From Candidatus Bathyarchaeia archaeon (GTDB lineage: Archaea; Thermoproteota; Bathyarchaeia; Bathyarchaeales; Bathycorpusculaceae): DNA of 64,000 bases. Shown here one piece after another: positions 9,930 to 20,229 of this stretch. The stretch lies in the NCBI GenBank assembly GCA_049969855.1, contig JBMFOB010000003.1:1-64000 (forward strand), given 5' to 3'. Numbering within the stretch: the first letter of the stretch is position 1; every line of letters begins with the position of its first letter. The translations under genes and the position numbers were made by a program. The notes below the pieces were generated by a model. The model worked only from the letters and a program-made list of their open reading frames with translations. It was not told where the DNA came from and made no database searches.

Positions 9930-11033
9930 TTGGCTAAAGAAACAACAAAAAGAAAAGCAGAGCATATCAGAATTTCTTTAAACCAACACGTTCAAACCAG
10001 AAGAACAACAACGGGCTTCGAAGATGTCCATTTTATTCATAGGGCTTTGCCTGAAATTGACAAGCAAAAAATAGACTTGTCCACAAAAATTTTCAACCAC
10101 AAGTTCGCCGCACCAATAATCGTAGGCGCCATAACTGGCGGAACCCCAGAAGCAACAAAAATTAACGCAGCGATAGCTGAAGCCGTGGAAGAGTTAGGGT
10201 TAGGCATGGGTGTTGGAAGCCAACGGGCAGCCATAGAAGATGAAAAACTTGAAAAAACCTTTGCAATAGCAAGGAAAAAGGCTCCAAAAGCCTTCCTAAT
10301 CGCCAACATTGGCGGAGTCCAACTTGTCCAAGGCTATGGCTTAAAGGAAGTGAAAAAAGCCATAGAAATGATTGATGCAGACGCCATAGCAATACACTTA
10401 AACCCATTACAAGAGGCTATACAACCGGAAGGTCAAACAAACTTTAAGGGAATTCTCGCAAAAATTGGCGAAATAGCAGAAGAAATTGATAAACCAGTAA
10501 TTGCAAAGGAAACAGGCGCAGGAATAGCCGCTGAAGAAGCAAAGAAACTTGAGGCTGCAGGCGTGAAAGGAATAGACATCAGCGGAGCTGGCGGAACAAG
10601 CTTTGCAGCAGTTGAATATTACCGTGCAAAGGGTTTAGGAAATGATGTTCAACGTCGATTGGGCTATGTTTTCTGGGATTGGGGTATCCCAACCGCAGTA
10701 AGCGTTGCTGAAGTTTCTCAGACGGTGAATGTTCCAGTGATTGCTTCTGGGGGAATACGTAACGGTTTAGATGTTGCTAAGGCTTTAGCATTAGGCGGAA
10801 GCCTAACAAGTTTGTCGCAGCCAATCCTTCAATCAGCCTTTAAAGGGGTTAAGGAAACGGTGCATGCGCTTTCGCTTTTAATTGATGAGTTAAGGAATGG
10901 AATGTTTCTTGTGGGAGCGGATTCTGTCGAAGCCTTGCGGGAAACATCCATTGTTATAACTGGTAAAACGGCGGAATGGCTCAAGGCAAGAGGATTTAAC
11001 GTGGAAGATTATGCGCGAAGAAGGAGGAATTAA
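9930..11033 (+). CDS. fni: Type 2 isopentenyl-diphosphate delta-isomerase
   Basis: RKAEHI; MGVGSQR; HLNPLQE; KETG; GAGGTS. Confidence 0.95.
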   Translation: MAKETTKRKAEHIRISLNQHVQTRRTTTGFEDVHFIHRALPEIDKQKIDLSTKIFNHKFAAPIIVGAITGGTPEATKINAAIAEAVEELGLGMGVGSQRAAIEDEKLEKTFAIARKKAPKAFLIANIGGVQLVQGYGLKEVKKAIEMIDADAIAIHLNPLQEAIQPEGQTNFKGILAKIGEIAEEIDKPVIAKETGAGIAAEEAKKLEAAGVKGIDISGAGGTSFAAVEYYRAKGLGNDVQRRLGYVFWDWGIPTAVSVAEVSQTVNVPVIASGGIRNGLDVAKALALGGSLTSLSQPILQSAFKGVKETVHALSLLIDELRNGMFLVGADSVEALRETSIVITGKTAEWLKARGFNVEDYARRRRN

Positions 11034-11045
11034 ACCATTTTTGAT

Positions 11046-12110
11046 GTGGAGAAATTTCTTGAAGAAAAAGCCCTTTTAATAGATAAGGCTATTGAAAAGT
11101 ATATTCCAAGAAAATTTACAAAAGACTCCATAGTTTTCAAGTTAAACCAACCGCGCCACGCATATAATCTGGAAGCATTAAACAAGGCAATTGCCGAACC
11201 AATCTGGGAATTTCTCGAAAGAGGCGGAAAACGATGGCGCCCAGCCCTCTTCTTATTAATTATTGAAGCCTTAGGCAAAAATCCAGAAGCTTTCGTTGAT
11301 TTCGCCATAATTCCAGAAGTAATCCATAACGGAACATTAATGGTTGACGACATAGAAGACGCATCAGAATTCCGAAGAGGAAAACCATGCACATACAAAA
11401 TTTACGGCTTAGACATAGCCATAAACGCTGGAAACGCCATGTATTACCTGCCACTTCTCCCACTAATAAAAAACAAGGAGAAAATCTCCAAAGAAAAACT
11501 ATGCAAAGTTTACGAAATCTACGTGCAAGAAATGATTAGCCTAAGCATGGGACAAGCCATGGACATCGCATGGCACAAAGGCATAGCAGACGCAGACAAG
11601 ATAAACGAAGAAGATTATTTACAAATGTGCGCCTACAAAACTGGAACCTTGGCAAGAATGGCAGCCAAAATTGCAGCCGTCCTAGCGGATGCAAACGAAG
11701 AATTAACAGATAAGCTTGGACGCTTCGCTGAGAGCATAGGCATAGCTTTCCAAATGCAAGACGACATACTGGATTTGACTGGCGAAGAATTTGCAGAAAA
11801 GAAGGGTGGACGCGGACAAGACATAACTGAAGGAAAAAGAAGCCTAATTGTTATTCACACTTTAAAAGTGGCAAACACCAAAGACAGAAATAGGCTTATT
11901 GAAATCCTCAACATGCACACCTCAGACCAAAAGCTAAGAAACGAAGCCATCAAAATCATGGAAAAATACGGCTCCATAGACTATGTGAAAAATTTTGCGA
12001 GAAAAATTGTTGAGGAAAGCTGGAAGGAAGTTGAGAGACTTTTGCCAGCCTCAGATGCAAAGGAAAAGATAAATGCCTTTGCAAAATTCCTAATTGAAAG
12101 AAAAACCTAA
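11046..12110 (+). CDS. Polyprenyl (geranylgeranyl) diphosphate synthase
   Basis: GGKRWRP; first aspartate-rich motif DDIED..RRG; KT; second motif FQMQDDILD. Confidence 0.92.
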   Translation: MEKFLEEKALLIDKAIEKYIPRKFTKDSIVFKLNQPRHAYNLEALNKAIAEPIWEFLERGGKRWRPALFLLIIEALGKNPEAFVDFAIIPEVIHNGTLMVDDIEDASEFRRGKPCTYKIYGLDIAINAGNAMYYLPLLPLIKNKEKISKEKLCKVYEIYVQEMISLSMGQAMDIAWHKGIADADKINEEDYLQMCAYKTGTLARMAAKIAAVLADANEELTDKLGRFAESIGIAFQMQDDILDLTGEEFAEKKGGRGQDITEGKRSLIVIHTLKVANTKDRNRLIEILNMHTSDQKLRNEAIKIMEKYGSIDYVKNFARKIVEESWKEVERLLPASDAKEKINAFAKFLIERKT

Positions 12111-12136
12111 ACAGAAAAAGAGCAGAGTGCAAACCT

Positions 12137-13891
12137 TTGAAGTTAAAAGATGATGCGGAGCTTAAAGAGGCCATTCGAAAGATTGCTTTGCTAAATGCGG
12201 TTAGACATGATGGGAAAGCGCAAACTGGACCAGTTATCGGAAAAATTTTAGGCGAAAAACCAGAGTTAAAAACTAAAGTTAAGGAATTATCCGTGCTCAT
12301 TAATGTCATAGTTAAAGAAATAAACAGCCTTTCCATAGAAGAACAAAGGCATATAGTTGAAGAAGAATGGCCAGAAGCTCTTGTAAAGAAAATTGAAGAG
12401 GAAAAACATCTTCCGCCTTTGCCAAACGCAAATAAGTATGCTCAAGTTGTCACGCGTTTTTCGCCAAACCCAGACTGCGTACTACATTTGGGTTCAGCGA
12501 GAGCCATAATATTATGCCACGAATACGCCCGCATGTACAAGGGCAAATTTATACTACGATTTGAAGATACAGACCCAAAATTAAAGAGGCCTATTTTAGA
12601 ATTTTATGACCGCATAAGAGAGGATTTAGCTTGGCTTGGATGCAAACCAGATGAAGAATACATTCAAAGCGACAGAATCCCAATTTATTACGAGTTTGCT
12701 GAAAAATTGCTTAGAGAAGGCAATGCTTACATCTGCACATGCAAACCAGAACAATTCAGAAAAAAAATATTAGCCGCTCAGCCATGCAAATGCCGTGATT
12801 TGCCAATAGAAGAGCAGCTTGATAGATGGCAACGCATGCTCAAAGGCAATTACAAAGAAGGCGAAGCAGTATTCCGCATAAAAACAGATTTGAACCATCC
12901 AAACCCCGCCGTCAGAGACTGGCCAGCCCTCCGCATTATAGACTCCGAAAAATATCCACATCCAAGAGTTGGAAGCAAATACAATGTTTGGCCACTCTAC
13001 AATTTTGCATGCGGCCTAGACGACCACCTTATGGGAGTAACCCACATAATCCGAGGAAAAGAGCATTTAACAAACATGGTTCGACAAGAATACATGTATA
13101 AATATTTGGGGTGGCAGTATCCCGAAGCCATACACTATGGTAGGCTCAAAATAACTGGAGCATCCCTAAGCAAATCAAAAATTGTTCAAGGAATAAGGGA
13201 AGGACTATACAAGGATTGGGATGACCCTCGCCTTGCAACTTTTGCAGCACTGCGGAGACGCGGAATCACGCCGGAAGCCATTAAGAAAATGATAATTGAT
13301 GTTGGACCCAAAACTTCAGATGTAATTTTGAGCTGGGAAAACTTGTATGCTTACAACCGCAAAATCTTGGACGCATCAGCCAACAGATACTTTTTCGTGG
13401 AAAACCCCATAGAGTTGACAGTGAAGCAGATTCCAAAAAATGGGTTTAAGGCGAGGCTTAATTTGCATCCAGAACATCCAGAAAGAGGCTTCAGAGAATA
13501 CACTATAAAGCCTAAAGGAGATGAGCTAATTGCAACCTTTTGGGTTTCAAAGAAGGACGTGGAAGTTTCAAAAATTGGCAGCATAATTCGCCTCATGGAA
13601 TTGTTTAATGTGAAAATCGAAAAGGTGCAAGCATACTCTGCAGAAGCATCTTTTATCAGCGAATCCTACGAAGAGGCAAGAAAGGTTAGGGCTCAGCTGA
13701 TTCATTGGATACTTGTGGGCGAAGACATGCCATGCCAAGTGGTTATGCCAGACGCAACATTAGCAGAAGGCATAGCTGAGAATGTTTGCAGAAAATTAAA
13801 GCCAAACACCATAATACAGTTTGAAAGGTTCGGCTTTGTAAGAATAGACAAGGTTAACATGAAATTAACAGCCTATTATACACACAAATAA
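12137..13891 (+). CDS. gltX: Glutamate--tRNA ligase
   Basis: TRFSPNP...HLGS; LRFEDTDP; LSKS; QFERFGF. Confidence 0.96.
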   Translation: MKLKDDAELKEAIRKIALLNAVRHDGKAQTGPVIGKILGEKPELKTKVKELSVLINVIVKEINSLSIEEQRHIVEEEWPEALVKKIEEEKHLPPLPNANKYAQVVTRFSPNPDCVLHLGSARAIILCHEYARMYKGKFILRFEDTDPKLKRPILEFYDRIREDLAWLGCKPDEEYIQSDRIPIYYEFAEKLLREGNAYICTCKPEQFRKKILAAQPCKCRDLPIEEQLDRWQRMLKGNYKEGEAVFRIKTDLNHPNPAVRDWPALRIIDSEKYPHPRVGSKYNVWPLYNFACGLDDHLMGVTHIIRGKEHLTNMVRQEYMYKYLGWQYPEAIHYGRLKITGASLSKSKIVQGIREGLYKDWDDPRLATFAALRRRGITPEAIKKMIIDVGPKTSDVILSWENLYAYNRKILDASANRYFFVENPIELTVKQIPKNGFKARLNLHPEHPERGFREYTIKPKGDELIATFWVSKKDVEVSKIGSIIRLMELFNVKIEKVQAYSAEASFISESYEEARKVRAQLIHWILVGEDMPCQVVMPDATLAEGIAENVCRKLKPNTIIQFERFGFVRIDKVNMKLTAYYTHK

Positions 13892-13907
13892 AGAAGGAGA
13901 AAATGGC

Positions 13908-14207
13908 ATGCGCAAAACAGAAAAAATAATCATTTGGCCAGCCTACTTCGACTCAACAAGAACAAGAAAAGAAGGCAGACGTGTTCCAAAAAATTTGGCA
14001 GTTCCCTCGCCTAAAATTTTAGAGTTAAAAGAGGCTGCAGAAAAAATCGGCTTAGAATATGAAATTGTTCCAGATTCTAGCTATCCAAAAATGCCTTGGC
14101 TGAAAACTGGCATGCTCTTGGTAAAGAAAAAAGAAGCGAAGGCGCAGATAATTAAAAAGATTGCAAAGCAACTGACAAAAATCCGAAGCGTAGCCGCAAC
14201 AAAGTAG
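13908..14207 (+). CDS. srp19: Signal recognition particle protein SRP19
   Basis: IIWPAYFDSTRTRKEGRRVPK. Confidence 0.95.
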   Translation: MRKTEKIIIWPAYFDSTRTRKEGRRVPKNLAVPSPKILELKEAAEKIGLEYEIVPDSSYPKMPWLKTGMLLVKKKEAKAQIIKKIAKQLTKIRSVAATK

Positions 14208-14214
14208 GATTGGA

Positions 14215-14613
14215 TTAACTCTTTTCTTCCTCGCTCAAGAGTACAGCGTTTATTATTCCATCTTGTCCCGGGCGGGATGTGACACGGGCTAAGCCTAAGG
14301 AGGTTTCTATTATGGCGCCTTTTGTTATTACGCCTCTGCGGTCATAGTCAATGTTGACTGGATTTTTGGCGACGCGGATAATTTCCACTTTTTCTGTTTT
14401 TCCACTTTTTGGGTCAGTTACGCATGCATATTTGTCGCTTAAAGCCTTGATTTTCATGGTTTTTCCTCTTCCCTTAACTTTTTTCTTTTTTGGTTCGCCA
14501 ATGGTTGTTTCTGCTGGAAATCTTCCCTCTTCAAATTTTCTCTTACTTCTGTAGGCTCTTTTTCTGCCTCCTGAAGGCTTTTTCTTGTGCAAATCGCCAT
14601 GCCAAACTGACAT
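14215..14613 (-). CDS. rps8e: 30S ribosomal protein eS8
   Basis: KKPSGG; RRGVITKGAII; VTSRPGQDG. Confidence 0.96.
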   Translation of the reverse strand: MSVWHGDLHKKKPSGGRKRAYRSKRKFEEGRFPAETTIGEPKKKKVKGRGKTMKIKALSDKYACVTDPKSGKTEKVEIIRVAKNPVNIDYDRRGVITKGAIIETSLGLARVTSRPGQDGIINAVLLSEEEKS

Positions 14614-14677
14614 TTTACATTTCCCTTTTAATCTTCTAAACTAAGTGTTCACTAACACCGTTTTTTGCCATATAAAC

Positions 14678-15220
14678 CTATCCATGCTTGGATTCAAGCT
14701 TCTCTTGCTTTGAGTAATCTTCAAAAACATGTTTCAACTCTTTCTTCATAACTGCAACATCGTGGCTTAAACCGAAGTAATCTGCAAAATATTCAGTGGT
14801 TCTAAGAACAGTCGAGCGCCCGCTTCTTTCGGCAGCAACCAAACCCATCTCCTTTAACATTCTTATGTGACTGTAAACATGGTGCCCCCGAACCTCAATA
14901 ACCCTTTTTTGGGATACAGGTTGTCTATAGGCTATGTAGGAAAGCGTTTTCAAGGGACCAGTGGAAAGTAATGGTCTTGTAACAAATTTTCTAACATAAG
15001 GCGTGAAATCAGCTTTCAACTGCAAAACATATCGTTCATCCTTCAACTCTAAAATTTCAAGAGCCGTGTTCCTGTTCGCATAGGCTTTCATTAACTCCTT
15101 AACGAGTCTTTTAACTTTGTTTTTCGAACGTGTCTTCAAAACCGAACATAACTCGTTCACGTTTAAAGGTCGACCAGCCACATACAGCGCTGCCTCTAAT
15201 AAGGCTAGGTCATGCTCCAT
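14678..15220 (-). CDS. scpB: SMC-Scp complex subunit ScpB (start could extend to 15304)
   Basis: LEAALY; LKTLSYIAYRQPV; TTEYFADYFGL; downstream of scpA. Confidence 0.9.
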   Translation of the reverse strand: MEHDLALLEAALYVAGRPLNVNELCSVLKTRSKNKVKRLVKELMKAYANRNTALEILELKDERYVLQLKADFTPYVRKFVTRPLLSTGPLKTLSYIAYRQPVSQKRVIEVRGHHVYSHIRMLKEMGLVAAERSGRSTVLRTTEYFADYFGLSHDVAVMKKELKHVFEDYSKQEKLESKHG

Positions 15221-15260
15221 TTTCTCTGTTGATTGGTGCTTAAGAGATTCTGCGGATAAA

Positions 15261-15959
15261 TTAAGCGTTGGCTTGTCCGCCTTCTGCAAGTTTAAAATCC
15301 CCAATGGTTATGTATATTTCTTCAGTTTCTTCATCTTGCCAAAGGTTTACTTTTTCATTCTGAGCCAGAAACAGCAAAAGAATGAAGTCGCGGATGGCTT
15401 CAAGACGACTCAAACCCTTCGTAAAAGCTGAAAACTCAATTATCCCCGTGCCCTTAACCCTCTCCACAAGAGTGGCGTAAAGCTTCTCCATTTGCACCTC
15501 AATTTCCATAAGGTATAAGTCTAGTTGTGGCAGAATCTCCGAAGGAGTTGGAAGAACGCTTTCCTCAACAACTTTTTCAAAGTGGACCAGTTTTTCGCTC
15601 TTTAAAACGTCATCTAAAACTTCAAGCAAATGCCTTATTGTTGTCGAGGTTAACTCATGCCTAAGCGGCAAAAATAATGGTGGCGGAAGAAAGTCTTGCG
15701 GAGTTTTTGGCGGCGGTGGCTCTTCAAGTTTCAATAAAAGTTTTGACTTCATAAGGTATATGAGAGCTGAGGAATCAAGCGCCACACCAGAAGCCCTAAA
15801 ATCTATCCGTCCAGATTTTTCCATCTCTTCGAGAAAGCTCGTCAGCAAATAGGCGATGTTAATGTGCCAAGGAGTAAGCCTTTCAAGTTTATGGAAATCA
15901 AAGAGGATGTTCCATGGAGGACGAAGATAAAAAGGTTTTTTGACGGTTGCAGTTGCCAT
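15261..15959 (-). CDS. scpA: Kleisin ScpA
   Basis: PWHINIAYL; ALIYLMKS; C-terminal FILLLFLAQNEKVNLWQ; between smc and scpB. Confidence 0.85.
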   Translation of the reverse strand: MATATVKKPFYLRPPWNILFDFHKLERLTPWHINIAYLLTSFLEEMEKSGRIDFRASGVALDSSALIYLMKSKLLLKLEEPPPPKTPQDFLPPPLFLPLRHELTSTTIRHLLEVLDDVLKSEKLVHFEKVVEESVLPTPSEILPQLDLYLMEIEVQMEKLYATLVERVKGTGIIEFSAFTKGLSRLEAIRDFILLLFLAQNEKVNLWQDEETEEIYITIGDFKLAEGGQANA

Positions 15960-18900
15960 TAACTTGGCACCTCTAGGAATTTCGCTGAAATAACGTTTGA
16001 AACTCCGTTACGTTCATAAACTCCATAAACCTTCTGCGCCCTGTTCACCATTTCAGGCTTTAAAGTGATAACTATAAACTGCGTCTTTTCAGATTCTTCC
16101 AAGAGAAGGTCAGCAAGCTTTGAAACGTGAAAGGCATCTAAATGAGCGTCTATCTCGTCAAAAATGTAGAAGGATGTTGGCGTAATCTCCTTGAGCGTGA
16201 AGAGGAAAGCAACAGCAGCCACTGAACGTTCGCCGCCGCTTGCTCCACTTACAACGATTGATGGTTTGTGGGGAAACTGAACTAGCATGTCGATGCCGCC
16301 AGAAAACGGTTCATCAGGATTCTCAAGCTTTAAAGTGGCATTTCCTCCGCCAGTAAGTTTTGAAAAGTATTTTTGCAAGTTTGCGTTGATTTTTTCGAAG
16401 GCGTCCATGAAGACTTTCCGTTTCTTTCTCTCAATTTCATCCATAAACTGCACTATGGCTTGCTTTTCCTTCTCCAACTCATTCAATCTTAAAGAGAGTT
16501 CCTTATAACGAGAAATTTGCTCAGCATAATGTGACAATGCTAGCTGATTCACAGCGCCAATCCTTTCCAGTTCAAACTGCATCATCCTCATTGATGTTTC
16601 GGCTTCTTCAACCTGTTTAGGCGTTACCTCCAACGGCTGTTCATAACCAAGCTGTCTAAGCTCGTTTCTGTATTGCTCAAGCTGAAGCAGGGACGTTTGA
16701 ATGTTGAGTTGAAGCTGGTTTAACAAGCGGTCAGCTTGCTCATATTCTGAGTCGAGCTTGCGGAGCTCTTTATCTATATCATCTATTTGCGTGGTGAATT
16801 TTTTGGCTTCTTCTCTTGCAGAGAAGACTGTTTTAGAAAGTTCAATGCGACTCTTCTCCAGTTCTGCCAATTCTTGCTTCAATGATTCCCGTTCTTGCAA
16901 TGCATCAGCAACTTCTTTTTCAACCCTTCTCAACTGTTGTTCAACTTTAGCAAGTTCGATTTTTGCGTTTTTGTAGCCAACTCTCAAAACATTATCGAAT
17001 TTTGATTGAAGAGTTGAAATTTCAGTTTGAAGCGTCCCAAGTTTCTGTCTTAAAGTGATAATTTCTTCCGAGAGCTTTTCTCTTTTAACCTCCATTTCCT
17101 GAATGTGCGATGGGTCTGTTTTACGTTTCAAAGAAAGTAGCTCGTCTTGAAGTTTCCTTAATTCTTTCTGAATGGAACTTCTTTCAGCTTTATACAGCCA
17201 CATCTGCGTCTTTTCATTTTCAATTTCCTTCTCAAACTTTATAATGTAACGGTCAACCCTTCTGACGTTGCCCCTTGTCCTTTTAACACTTCTTTTAACT
17301 CTGGATATTTCCCTGTCAAGAGTGGTTATAGCCTCAGACAAGCGTGCAATTTCCACACGTGTCTTATCTATTTCCTCCTCAAAGGAGTTGATGTCGCTGT
17401 TTCTCCTCGAAAGATGCTGTTGGAGGGCGTTGACGGCTTCATCAAGGCTTTTGATGGCGACTTCGCTTGGAATAATGGTGGAGAAGTCTATTGGAGCTCT
17501 ATAGTAGCCGCTTTCAAAAGCGGCGCCCCCTGCCTCATAAAGGTCTCCATTAATTGTGACTGCTCTGTAACCTTCGCTTGATAGTGCAAAGGCGGTTTTG
17601 TCATCAGAAACAATTACTGTATCGCCGAAAACGAAGTTTATGGCTGGTTCATAATGTTTTTCACATTTTATGAAGTAGGATGCTGCGCCGTTTATGCCTT
17701 CTTTTTCTGGAACTTTTATGGTTTTGGGGGTTAATGTTCCTTGTAATGGGATTATTTTTATTCTTCCCAGCTTCATTCTTCTCAGCGTTTCTGTACATGT
17801 GAAGGCGGAGTCGAAATCTTTCACGACTATTGCGTCAAGCCATCCTGCTGCTGCAGCTTCAATAGCATGCTGATAAGTTTTGTCAATTTTGACGAGTTTG
17901 CGGAGTCTACCATAAACGCCTGGAATTACGCCTAACTCGCCTAGCTCTTCTATGCTTCTTAGGGCTTTTTCTTCTGAAGCAACAGTTTCTGCAATTTCCC
18001 TTTGCGTTGCAAACTCTACAACCGCAGCGCGAGCGGAATCGGCTATTTTTCCTGCTTCAGCTATTTCTCTTTCTATGGCTTCTTTTTGGGCGATTCTGCG
18101 TTCAAGCATCTTCTCCAAATTTTTAAGCTGCGTTTTCTGTTCCTTCTGCACCTTTTCAAGTTCAGCCAAAGATTTTTCAAGTTCACCTAATGTTGATGTA
18201 AACCTTTCTTTGCGGTCTTTTAAGTCGTTAAGTCTTCTTGTGCGGATTTTGATGGCTGTCTGATTTTTCACCTGTTCTGCTCTCAAATACGCAAGTTTTT
18301 TGTTATTATTGCTGATTTGCTGTTCAATTTCACGGATTCTTTTGCTGTTTTCTCCAATGTTTTCCCAAAGCTGAGCTGTTTCAGCTGCCAAAGCATCATG
18401 CTCAGCTTGTTTTGCCGTTATCTCGCTGGAAATTTCTTCGTATTCGCTTCTTAACTGTTTTATTTTGAGGCGGTTTTCACGAATTTCTTTTCTGATGGAT
18501 TCGTACTGTTGAAGAGTGTTTTCTCTAATCCGTTTTAAGCCTTCCAAGGTTGTTTTTCCAGAAGTCACTTTAGTTGTTAATTCCGTAAGTTTTGATTTTA
18601 ACTCGCCTATTCTTATTTGAACCTTTAATACTTGTGAACCGCCTTCTTCAACAATTTCTGAGCTTAATTTTCGCCATTCACCCTCAATTTCTCTTCTTTT
18701 TGACCTATACTTCTCTCGCAGCTCCCTTAGTTTTTCAACTCTGCTTCTGACGCCATCCGCTTGTGAGGAAACTTCCTTCATTTTCTTCTGCACTTGCGCC
18801 ATATCATGGGAAAGCTTCACACTTTCAAACTTTTTTATTTCTTCTCTGATGAAATTGTATCTCAAAAGTTCGTTGCGTTCCCTTTCTAAGTCATCCACTC

Positions 18901-19513
18901 TCTTCTGCACTTCATCGATTCTTCCCATAGCCGTGCTTATGGAAATGTCTGCTGCCCTAAGTTTTTCTTCAGCCTCAGCCTTCTCAGAATCATACTGGGC
19001 TATGCCAACCAAATCCTCAATGATTTTCCTACGCTCAATAGGAGAAATATCTGTCAAACGGGTTATTGTGCCTTGCAAGATTATGTTTTGGCTTGTTGAG
19101 CTTAACCCAGCCATGGAGAGAATCTCTAAAATGTGCGCCCTTGAGATTCTTCTGCCATTGAGCCTATACACGCTTTGTCCGTTTCTGTAAACTTCTCTTG
19201 AGATGGTAACGGTTGTTGTGTCAACTGGCATGTGCCCATCAGCGTTGTCAAATTGGATTATGACTTTAGCCATCTTCGCCCTTTCCAGTCCAGCCTTCTC
19301 AGAACCGTGGAAAATCAGTTTTGCAGCATTTTCAGCCCGAAGCCTTCTTGTACTTAACTCGCCTAAAGCGAATAAAAGAGCATCAACAATGTTTGTTTTC
19401 CCACTACCGTTTGGACCCGTGATTGCCGTGAAACCCTTATCTAGGGTTACTTTAACGGTTTGCGGACCGAAAGATTTGAAGCCTTTAAGCTCAATTTTTT
19501 TAATGTAGGGCAT
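15959..19513 (-). CDS. smc: Chromosome segregation protein SMC
   Basis: GFKSF; GPNGSGKTN; hinge GVYG...GRIKIIPL; coiled coils; SGGERS; FDEIDAHLD. Confidence 0.97.
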   Translation of the reverse strand: MPYIKKIELKGFKSFGPQTVKVTLDKGFTAITGPNGSGKTNIVDALLFALGELSTRRLRAENAAKLIFHGSEKAGLERAKMAKVIIQFDNADGHMPVDTTTVTISREVYRNGQSVYRLNGRRISRAHILEILSMAGLSSTSQNIILQGTITRLTDISPIERRKIIEDLVGIAQYDSEKAEAEEKLRAADISISTAMGRIDEVQKRVDDLERERNELLRYNFIREEIKKFESVKLSHDMAQVQKKMKEVSSQADGVRSRVEKLRELREKYRSKRREIEGEWRKLSSEIVEEGGSQVLKVQIRIGELKSKLTELTTKVTSGKTTLEGLKRIRENTLQQYESIRKEIRENRLKIKQLRSEYEEISSEITAKQAEHDALAAETAQLWENIGENSKRIREIEQQISNNNKKLAYLRAEQVKNQTAIKIRTRRLNDLKDRKERFTSTLGELEKSLAELEKVQKEQKTQLKNLEKMLERRIAQKEAIEREIAEAGKIADSARAAVVEFATQREIAETVASEEKALRSIEELGELGVIPGVYGRLRKLVKIDKTYQHAIEAAAAGWLDAIVVKDFDSAFTCTETLRRMKLGRIKIIPLQGTLTPKTIKVPEKEGINGAASYFIKCEKHYEPAINFVFGDTVIVSDDKTAFALSSEGYRAVTINGDLYEAGGAAFESGYYRAPIDFSTIIPSEVAIKSLDEAVNALQQHLSRRNSDINSFEEEIDKTRVEIARLSEAITTLDREISRVKRSVKRTRGNVRRVDRYIIKFEKEIENEKTQMWLYKAERSSIQKELRKLQDELLSLKRKTDPSHIQEMEVKREKLSEEIITLRQKLGTLQTEISTLQSKFDNVLRVGYKNAKIELAKVEQQLRRVEKEVADALQERESLKQELAELEKSRIELSKTVFSAREEAKKFTTQIDDIDKELRKLDSEYEQADRLLNQLQLNIQTSLLQLEQYRNELRQLGYEQPLEVTPKQVEEAETSMRMMQFELERIGAVNQLALSHYAEQISRYKELSLRLNELEKEKQAIVQFMDEIERKKRKVFMDAFEKINANLQKYFSKLTGGGNATLKLENPDEPFSGGIDMLVQFPHKPSIVVSGASGGERSVAAVAFLFTLKEITPTSFYIFDEIDAHLDAFHVSKLADLLLEESEKTQFIVITLKPEMVNRAQKVYGVYERNGVSNVISAKFLEVPS

Positions 19514-19653
19514 TCAGTTTACGCCCTCACCTTCCTGAAAGGATGAGCGTATTTTATCACAGACATTTTGTGTATGATCTTCTTATAAAAGTGTTTACAG
19601 CAGCAAGCTTTAACAGTTATGTACTTTTTAACGCTATTTTCCAGCTTCTAACA

Positions 19654-20148
19654 CTATTTTTTAGCCATTTTCTTGACAAACTCTTTTAGGCATTCATCTT
19701 CGCCATAAACAAGCAGATAACCATCACTTTGAAGTTCACATAGTAAATTTGATTTTTGAACTAACGCTTTCAATTTTTCAATTGGCAATTCATCTGAAGG
19801 CTTAACACGAATCCACTTCTGCTCCCGCGGCAAACCAGGAATAAACCTAGTCTCTTCCGTTTCATCTTCACTCTTTCTACCAGCCTCATCCAACCGCTTA
19901 AGCCATTCATACACATATCCAGGTCCAAATTTTTTCTGTCCTTCAGAAACCAGATAAGATTCCACTTTGAGAAGATATTCCTCAATTTTTTGGCTTGTAT
20001 CCACACAGCTGGGGTCGGCCCTTAAAACGTTGATTAAAGTTTTCGCAGATTTCAAATCGTTCATAACTTCAGCTGTAATTGCAATTCCCCTTTTACGAAA
20101 ATCAGCAACCATCTCATCTAACGCTTTCCACATAGCCAAATATCCCAT
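19654..20148 (-). CDS. DUF2096-like archaeal protein
   Basis: N-terminal WKALDEMVADFRKRG and FIPGLPR pattern recalled for DUF2096. Confidence 0.65.
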   Translation of the reverse strand: MGYLAMWKALDEMVADFRKRGIAITAEVMNDLKSAKTLINVLRADPSCVDTSQKIEEYLLKVESYLVSEGQKKFGPGYVYEWLKRLDEAGRKSEDETEETRFIPGLPREQKWIRVKPSDELPIEKLKALVQKSNLLCELQSDGYLLVYGEDECLKEFVKKMAKK

Positions 20149-20229
20149 AATTTACGTCTCCATTCTTTTGGATGGAATTCGCACTATAAAGAGTTACCTC
20201 TGAACATTATGAGGTACTGTCCCCAGCAT

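Noticed and set aside
14208-14677. SRP RNA expected near srp19/rps8e
   Set aside because: The intergenic gaps are far too short and not GC-rich
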